A stretch of 32,000 nt of DNA, taken from positions 386,712-418,711 of the forward strand of contig NZ_NIDE01000017.1 in the NCBI RefSeq assembly GCF_002197845.1, in the 5' to 3' direction. Source of the stretch: Fimbriiglobus ruber (GTDB taxonomy: Bacteria; Planctomycetota; Planctomycetia; Gemmatales; Gemmataceae). The position numbers were made by a program, and so were the translations under genes. Below the pieces are notes generated by a model. It did no database searches and had not been told where the DNA came from. It worked only from the letters and a program-made list of their open reading frames with translations. The first letter of the stretch is position 1. Every line of letters begins with the position of its first letter. Shown here piece by piece: positions 26,579 through 32,000 of the stretch.

Positions 26579-28183
26579 CTACCGGGTGACCGTGACCGGC
26601 TCGCCTTTGGCTGCCAAGCGAACCTCTTCGACGGCGGCCACGTTGCCGCCGCCCCCGGCGCCGCCGAGGACGACGACCGCGTCGGTGCCGTACGGGACCA
26701 ACCGGCCGACCCGCCGCTTCGTCACCACCTCGCCAACCTTTTCCCACCCATCTCCGCCGGCCGTCAGCCGGAAGACGGGGCCGGCCGAGGTGTTCACCAC
26801 GAGGCGGCCGTCCACGACCGTCGCCGCGGGCGAGAACGCGTTCCCGGTCTTGCCGGGCAGCGCCGGGCCGGCCGACCACTGGCCGGTCGCCACGTCCAGG
26901 ATGTCGACGTGCGAATCGGCCCCCTTCTCACCCATCCCGGCGAGGACGTACACCTTCGACCCCACGGCCGCGGCGGTCAGTGCCCGCCGCTTGAAAGGCT
27001 GGGGGATCGCTTTCCACTGGCCGCCGTTCGCGGACAGGTCGAGGACTTGCACCGTGTCGTGCCAGACCGGTTGTTCGCCGGCCCCCTTCATTTGCCAGCC
27101 GCCGACGACCACCAACTTGTCACCCGCCACGACCACGTCGTGCGACGACCGGCCGGCCGGCAGCGGGGCGATCGGTTCCCACTTCTTGGTCGCCGGGTCG
27201 AACCGGGCACAGTCGGCCACCGACAGGTTGTCGGCCGGTTCGTCAGGCTTGTTCCGCGGCTGCATGCCGCCGACGCGGTAGACCTTGCCGCCGTGCGTGG
27301 CGAGGTTCATCCCTTGCAGGATCGGCCCGCCGGGCAGTTCTTCCCACGCGGTCCCGCCCTCCAGTTTCAACCGGTGGAACGTGCCGATGACGGAGGCGGT
27401 GTCGTACTTGTGCGTGGTGCCCGAGTGGCCGCCGTAAATGTAGACGTAGCCGTCGCAGGCGATCGCCCCGAGACTCGACACGGCTTTGGGCAGCGGCGGG
27501 AGACCCGGGCCGGCGACGTCGACGACCAGCGTGGGGTAGTGGCGGACGGTGTCGTACTTCTTGCCGTCGAGTTCGCCGGACTTCGTTTCGACGACCCGCG
27601 ACCACGCGCCGTACCGACCGGCCGCCTTGTATTCCGGCGTCAGTCCGTCCTTGTCGGTCTTGACCTTCGCGCCTTCGCCGCCGCTCGGCGGGATCACCGT
27701 GACCTCGGCGTCTGCGACCGGCTTGCCCGCGGCCAGCAGTTTGAACCGGACCGCTCCGGTTTGTCCGACGGGGACCAGTTCGGCTGGGACAGCCGAGCCC
27801 AGCGTGACCAGGGCGTCGTCGGCGCGGCCGAGGACCGCCTTGGGGTAGTAGACGAGGCGGAACGCGGGGTTGTCGCCGCGCTGCCGCACGCCTAGGTCGG
27901 TCGTGCCGAAGATCACCCGCGGGCCGTCGCCCGGGACTTCGACGCTGAGGGCGTGTTCCTTCGCGGTCGTCGTCAGGGCCGTGTCTTTGCCGCCGACGGC
28001 ACGGGCGGTGAGCTTCGTGCCGGCGAACAGCTTCGCGTTCACCCCCGCGTCGGGCTCCAGGCCCTCGCTGAGGACGACGGTGGCTTTGTTCGCCCCGTCG
28101 GGGATGACGAAGATGAAGTGGGCGCGGGCGGCGGGAACCAGGATCAACGCGGCGACCGCCGCGACGAGTAAGCGTTTTAGCAT
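26579..28183 (-). CDS. Secreted DUF4198-like domain plus kelch beta-propeller fusion protein
   Basis: Signal MLKRLLVAAVAALILVPAARAHFIFVIPDG; N-terminal AGKPVADAEVTVIPPSG...VKTDKDGLT (DUF4198/NikM-like); kelch repeats VYIYGGH, VYRVGGM, LVVVGGW, VYVLAGMG, VVVLGGAG. Confidence 0.78.
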   Translation of the reverse strand: MLKRLLVAAVAALILVPAARAHFIFVIPDGANKATVVLSEGLEPDAGVNAKLFAGTKLTARAVGGKDTALTTTAKEHALSVEVPGDGPRVIFGTTDLGVRQRGDNPAFRLVYYPKAVLGRADDALVTLGSAVPAELVPVGQTGAVRFKLLAAGKPVADAEVTVIPPSGGEGAKVKTDKDGLTPEYKAAGRYGAWSRVVETKSGELDGKKYDTVRHYPTLVVDVAGPGLPPLPKAVSSLGAIACDGYVYIYGGHSGTTHKYDTASVIGTFHRLKLEGGTAWEELPGGPILQGMNLATHGGKVYRVGGMQPRNKPDEPADNLSVADCARFDPATKKWEPIAPLPAGRSSHDVVVAGDKLVVVGGWQMKGAGEQPVWHDTVQVLDLSANGGQWKAIPQPFKRRALTAAAVGSKVYVLAGMGEKGADSHVDILDVATGQWSAGPALPGKTGNAFSPAATVVDGRLVVNTSAGPVFRLTAGGDGWEKVGEVVTKRRVGRLVPYGTDAVVVLGGAGGGGNVAAVEEVRLAAKGEPVTVTR

Positions 28184-28361
28184 GTCGGGTACCTTGGGTG
28201 GTGGGTAAGAGTTTGTGAAAGTCGTTTTTTGGGGTTAGCGGTCGTTTAATGGTCGCTGCAGGGACGTTCTTGGTTTTGAGCCCCTCCGGGGCGACCGAAC
28301 GTAGATCCGGGCGGGAGCCCGGGGACACCGGGGCTGACGGCGTGCCGCACCCGAATCAGAT

Positions 28362-29312
28362 CTACGGCAAAGTCACGACCTCGCCGCCGGCCCGGGTGCC
28401 GAGGCCGGTGAACGTCGTGGCGTCGATCGAGTCCCGGATGAACTGCACGGAGCCGTCGGCCATCGCGAAGTTGGCCCCGCCGGTGTGCTCGCTGCGGTAC
28501 GCCCCGAAGTTCGCGTCGTTGCTCCCGTCGCGTTTGTTGATCCCGTAGTACGTGCCGGTCCAATTATACAGGTATCCGTAGGCCCACACCGGGCCTTCGG
28601 TCGACGGGACGCCGGCCGGCATGAAGTCGTTCTCGCCCACGAGGAGCGTGTTCGACGTGCCGTCGGTGATGTCGGTTATCCGCACCTGGGTGTTGCCCGC
28701 CAGGTCCGGCTGGTTGGGGTTCGACGCCGAGTAAGCGGAGTTGCGGATCGGCAGAATGACCCCGTCGCAGGCGAGCGAAGCGAACGTCCCGTACCGGGCC
28801 TGGAAGGCGGTCGGGGTGCCGGCCGAAAACACGTAGCTGGAGGGGGCGCGGGTCTCCGGGGCCGTCCCGAGCGACCCGCCGTTCGTGGCGCTCGGCGGGA
28901 CCATCGACGGGCAGGTATAGGTCGGGATCTGCATCGCCTCGAGCTGGAGGTTGGAAAACCCGGCGGCGTTGGTGACCGTGCTATTCCGCGGCAGGTTGAT
29001 GTTGTACTGCTTGGCGATGTTGTCCTGCTCCAGGTACGGCAGGATAATGATCCACCCGCTGTTGTAAGAACCGGGCGTGGTCGTCTGGCCCTGCGGGTAG
29101 TCGAGTACGGCGTACGGGAACTTCTGGTACGCGTCGTGGTAGCCGTGGCAGGCGAGGGCGATCTGTTTGATGTTGTTGGAACACTTGATCCGGGCGGCGG
29201 CGGCCCGCACTTTCTGGACGGCGGGTAACAGTAACCCGATCAGGATCGCGATGATCGCGATCACCACCAACAACTCGATCAACGTGAAGGCGCGGCGGGG
29301 CTCGCGGCGCAT
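28362..29312 (-). CDS. DUF1559 domain-containing pseudopilin-like protein
   Basis: MRREPRRAFTLIELLVVIAIIAILIGLLLPAVQKVRAAAARIKCSNNIKQIALACHGYHD (type IV pilin N-methylation motif); C-terminal FAMADGSVQFIRDSI. Start at internal Met 29312. Confidence 0.92.
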   Translation of the reverse strand: MRREPRRAFTLIELLVVIAIIAILIGLLLPAVQKVRAAAARIKCSNNIKQIALACHGYHDAYQKFPYAVLDYPQGQTTTPGSYNSGWIIILPYLEQDNIAKQYNINLPRNSTVTNAAGFSNLQLEAMQIPTYTCPSMVPPSATNGGSLGTAPETRAPSSYVFSAGTPTAFQARYGTFASLACDGVILPIRNSAYSASNPNQPDLAGNTQVRITDITDGTSNTLLVGENDFMPAGVPSTEGPVWAYGYLYNWTGTYYGINKRDGSNDANFGAYRSEHTGGANFAMADGSVQFIRDSIDATTFTGLGTRAGGEVVTLP

Positions 29313-29420
29313 GGGTGGACCTCCGGTAAGCGGAAGAAACCACGAGCCGCATAGCGTACGGTGGGCCGGGGGCGGATGAGCGCCAGACTCGGCGACGGAA
29401 GCGTAGCGTTCTCGAACACA

Positions 29421-29449
29421 ATCTTGTTGAGATTGAATGTCAACAAGAT
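29421..29449. promoter_or_regulatory. 10-bp perfect inverted repeat, candidate operator between divergent genes
   Basis: ATCTTGTTGA (29421-29430) / TCAACAAGAT (29440-29449), 9-nt spacer, upstream of the DUF1559 gene. Confidence 0.5.
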
Positions 29450-29621
29450 GCTGATAGATTAAGCGGAACGCGGCTGCCGTCAACCGGAATCAGGACTTTC
29501 CTACTGCTTTTTCCCAGGACTCTATTACCAACGGCTTTTCAGCGTTCTGACTGAGATTACGGAACCGTAAGATAGAGTCTGCGACTAAGTCTCATTCGCT
29601 ACCGACGAAATTGAGGTCATT

Positions 29622-29798
29622 ATGCCCGAACAGGAGGCGAATCCGCCTGCCCCCGAGGACAACGAAAAGGCGACCCCGCCACAGGTCTATCAACTGGAAG
29701 AATGGCTCGGCGGTCAGAAGGAAGTGATGATCGAATACGCGGGGAAGCGATACCGCCTCCGGGTCACAGACCGCGGCCGATTGATCTTAACGAAGTGA
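29622..29798 (+). CDS. hemP: HemP-like small protein (58 aa), absent from the supplied ORF track
   Basis: MPEQEANPPAPEDNEKATPPQVYQLEEWLGGQKEVMIEYAGKRYRLRVTDRGRLILTK; the C-terminal YRLRxTxxGxLILTK is the HemP family signature. Confidence 0.75.
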   Translation: MPEQEANPPAPEDNEKATPPQVYQLEEWLGGQKEVMIEYAGKRYRLRVTDRGRLILTK

Positions 29799-29806
29799 CC
29801 TGCCGC

Positions 29807-31222
29807 TCACGTCAGTTCGGCGCGCTCGCGGACGGCAGCGAACGTCGTGCGGGTCGTTACTTCGCCGTTCCGGAAGACCGTGGAGAGCAAATCGTCGCCG
29901 GGCGCCGTGTGGGGAATAGTTTTCAGACCCTGTTCGCCGCGGACGAGCTTGAACCGGCCGGCTTTCGATTTCTTCCCGCCGTCCGTGACCGGGCGCTTGA
30001 ACACGTCCCGCTCCTCGCCGTTGACGTTGGCCGACGCGCACTTGAAGGCGAAGCGTTCGGTGTCGCGGTTTAGCTTCTGGAGCAACCCGCCGCCAGAGCC
30101 GAACGCGATGTTGTCGGCCGACCACTTTTGGGCGGTCATCGTGTCGAGAATCTTGGGCAGCATGGCGAAGTCGATGCCGTCGCCCTGGATGACGCGGACC
30201 TTGGGGTGGAGGACGCGGTAGCCCTTGGCGTTCGTCGTGGTGCCAAATTTCTCGCCCAGGAGTTCGAGAACCTTCGGCACGATTTCGGGCGGCGGCCCGC
30301 TGTCCGGCCGCACGACCAGGGTGCCGTCGCGGGCCAGCACTTCGCTCTTGAGCACGCCGCCCCAGTAGTCGGAACAGGCGCGGAAGATGTCGAAGCTGTC
30401 GGACACGCACGCAACCAACCCGGTCGGGTACTGGTGGAGCATGTTTCGCATGGCGTCGACTTCGTGGGCCTCGCCCCAGCTGGTGATCGTCGAGTGTTCG
30501 GAAGCGGGGATCGAGAAGCCGGCCATCGGTTCGTCGTAAAAGCGGCTGGCCATGACCAACCCGGCTACGTTGTCCGTCCCGAGGAAGTTCACCAGGTGGG
30601 CCGCCCCGCCCAGCGCCGCTTGCTCGGGGCAGGTACATCCGCGGAAGCCGAAGTCGTGGAGCTTGAACGCGATCTGAGTCGGGTCGCCGGTCTTTTCCAG
30701 GTACGACAAGATCAGCTTCTTCATGGCCCGGCTCTGCGTGCAGACGGTGGAGGGGTACCACGTCTGGACGAGGAGCGTTTCGAGGTAATTCGTCAGCCAG
30801 TAGCACTCGTCGTCCGTGTTCTCCACGGTCATCAGCACGTTCGATTCGGGAACGACCGTCCCCTCCGGGGCCGCGCGGATTTCGACGGGCAGGCGGCCGC
30901 CGTGCTTTTCGAGGATGTGCTGCCACCCGGCCCGGTTGAACACCCGGCCGCCGAAGTGGAGGGCGAACAGGTCGTCGGCCGCGTCGATCTTTTCGCGGGT
31001 GACGACCTGCCCCTGAAGGTAGTTCTGCAGGAAATATTGGAGGCCGAAAAAGACGACTTCCGGGTAAACGCTGCCGGACCGCGACTCGAAATACGAGTAG
31101 ACCCGCCGTGTGCCCGGCGGGTACTGCTTGAAGTGGCTGGCCTTGTATTCTCGGACTCGCCTGAAGTGACACAAGTCGGCCTTGAGCAACCAGGCCTGGA
31201 TAGCGGAGGATAGATCCTTCAC
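29807..31222 (-). CDS. nadV: Nicotinamide phosphoribosyltransferase (NAMPT/NadV); N-terminus probably lost or replaced through insertion of the adjacent IS (coding homology starts at 31147)
   Basis: YKASHFKQYPPGTRRVYSYFESRSG, FGLQYFLQNYLQG, LHDFGFRGCTCPEQAALGGAAHLVNFLGTDNVAG, FSIPASEHSTITSWG, RPDSGPPPEIVPKVLELLGEKFGTTTNAKGYRVLHPKVRVIQGDGID, FGSGGGLLQKLNRDT. Confidence 0.85.
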   Translation of the reverse strand: MKDLSSAIQAWLLKADLCHFRRVREYKASHFKQYPPGTRRVYSYFESRSGSVYPEVVFFGLQYFLQNYLQGQVVTREKIDAADDLFALHFGGRVFNRAGWQHILEKHGGRLPVEIRAAPEGTVVPESNVLMTVENTDDECYWLTNYLETLLVQTWYPSTVCTQSRAMKKLILSYLEKTGDPTQIAFKLHDFGFRGCTCPEQAALGGAAHLVNFLGTDNVAGLVMASRFYDEPMAGFSIPASEHSTITSWGEAHEVDAMRNMLHQYPTGLVACVSDSFDIFRACSDYWGGVLKSEVLARDGTLVVRPDSGPPPEIVPKVLELLGEKFGTTTNAKGYRVLHPKVRVIQGDGIDFAMLPKILDTMTAQKWSADNIAFGSGGGLLQKLNRDTERFAFKCASANVNGEERDVFKRPVTDGGKKSKAGRFKLVRGEQGLKTIPHTAPGDDLLSTVFRNGEVTTRTTFAAVRERAELT

Positions 31223-31246
31223 CGATCCGTCTGCGGGAGGGCAAGG

Positions 31247-31771
31247 ATGCGTCCCCAATATTCGTTTCCCGAACCCGTGGTCCAAGCGATCGCGGACGCG
31301 CGCTATCGGCACCCGGACCCGCGTGTCCAAGAGCGGATGGAGATTCTCTGGCTCAAGACCCGGAACGTGACGCACAGTCGGATCGCGGAGTTGGCCAACG
31401 TGTCGCGCTCCACGGTGCAGCGGACCCTGCGGATCTATGCGGCGAAGGGTCTGGATGGGGTCCGATCGTTCGGCTGGAAGGGCCAACCCAGTGCGCTGAC
31501 ACCGCATCACGGGACGATCGAAGACGCGTTTCGCCGGCACCCGCCGCACACGGCCCACGAGGCGGCGCGGCGGATCGAGGACCTGACGGGCGTCCGACGC
31601 AAGGCGTCGCGGGTGCGCCAGTTCTTGAAAGAGGATCTGGGGATGAAATGCCTGAAGGTGGCACCCATCCCGGTGCCGCCCAAGAAAACGGTCGACGAAC
31701 ACGCCCGCACGCAGGCGGATTTTTTAAAAGACGGAACTGGAACCGAAGTTGGCGGAAGCCCGCGACGGTAA
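31247..31771 (+). CDS. IS630-family transposase, N-terminal part (HTH region)
   Basis: YSFPEPVVQAIADARYRHPDPRVQERMEILWLKTRNVTHSRIAELANVSRSTVQRTLRIYAAKGLDGVRSF...PVPPKKTVDEHARTQADFLKD, then an out-of-frame end. Confidence 0.8.
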   Translation: MRPQYSFPEPVVQAIADARYRHPDPRVQERMEILWLKTRNVTHSRIAELANVSRSTVQRTLRIYAAKGLDGVRSFGWKGQPSALTPHHGTIEDAFRRHPPHTAHEAARRIEDLTGVRRKASRVRQFLKEDLGMKCLKVAPIPVPPKKTVDEHARTQADFLKDGTGTEVGGSPRR

Positions 31772-32000
31772 GCGGACGGTGTACTTCGTGGACGCGTCGC
31801 ACTTCGTCTTGGCGTCGTTCCTGGGGTGGGTGTGGTGCTTCGTCCGGTTACATGTCCGGGCCGCGTCGGGACGGCAGAGGTACAACGTGCTGGGTGCGCT
31901 GAACGCGGTCACGCACGAGCTGGTGACAGAAATCAACACGACGTACATCACGGCCACCTCGGTGTGTGCGTTGCTCCGCAAGATCGCGGCCCTCGGTGGG
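31728..32000 (+). CDS. IS630-family transposase, C-terminal (DDE) part in +1 frame, running off the right edge
   Basis: ...ELEPKLAEARDGKRTVYFVDASHFVLASFLGWVWCFVRLHVRAASGRQRYNVLGALNAVTHELVTEINTTYITATSVCALLRKIAALGG; FVDxxHF is the first catalytic Asp region of IS630 transposases. Confidence 0.75.

Larger units (their letters stand above)
31148..32000 (+). mobile_element. IS630-family-like element, partial (right end beyond window); left end proposed directly after TA at 31146-31147
   Basis: IS630-like transposase reading frames at 31247 onward; break of NAMPT homology exactly at a TA dinucleotide, the expected IS630/Tc1 target. Confidence 0.6.

Noticed and set aside
31145-31175. NadV with an 8-residue in-frame insertion (DLCHFRRVRE in place of DS) rather than an IS-split gene
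   Set aside because: Superficially attractive because WLLKAD precedes it, but the break falls exactly on a TA beside an IS630 transposase. Insertion is the simpler explanation, though it is unproven without sequence beyond 32000.
31247-32000. Classical -1 programmed frameshift at T6A4G
   Set aside because: A -1 shift leads into the wrong frame; the DDE half is in the +1 frame, so a standard -1 model does not work.
1-32000. CRISPR array, tRNA or rRNA genes, prophage or defence island
   Set aside because: No direct-repeat/spacer periodicity, tRNA-like cloverleaf, rRNA segment, phage structural genes or recognised defence genes were seen by eye.

Overview
This is a GC-rich window whose gene content fits a Planctomycetes genome (Gemmataceae-like, by inference). 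I read it as follows. A partial minus-strand CDS runs off the left edge. It is followed by a CAP/SCP-domain protein whose signal peptide looks frameshifted. Next is an IS1380-like transposase preceded by a perfect 26-bp inverted repeat. A tight minus-strand operon encodes PTPS-like, CitG-like and RimK-like ATP-grasp proteins, which suggests tetrahydromethanopterin-type C1 cofactor chemistry. Small hypothetical genes follow, then an MlaE-MlaF-MlaD operon containing a 32-bp perfect inverted repeat. Further along are a site-2 protease, a papain/C39-like protein, a type II DAHP synthase and ScpA. Two tandem ~1,200-aa proteins each fuse an intact Ser/Thr kinase domain to an FtsZ/tubulin-like domain with a GGTGSG signature. 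Then come MfnB, an alpha-galactosidase-like protein, a DUF4198-kelch fusion, a DUF1559 pseudopilin-like protein, and a HemP-like small ORF absent from the supplied track. A NAMPT/NadV gene appears to be interrupted at its SYK motif by an IS630-family element, whose own transposase frame is broken. The best candidates for new biology are the tandem kinase-tubulin-like pair next to scpA and the two C1-cofactor-related loci. All assignments come from reading sequence motifs; no database search was run.
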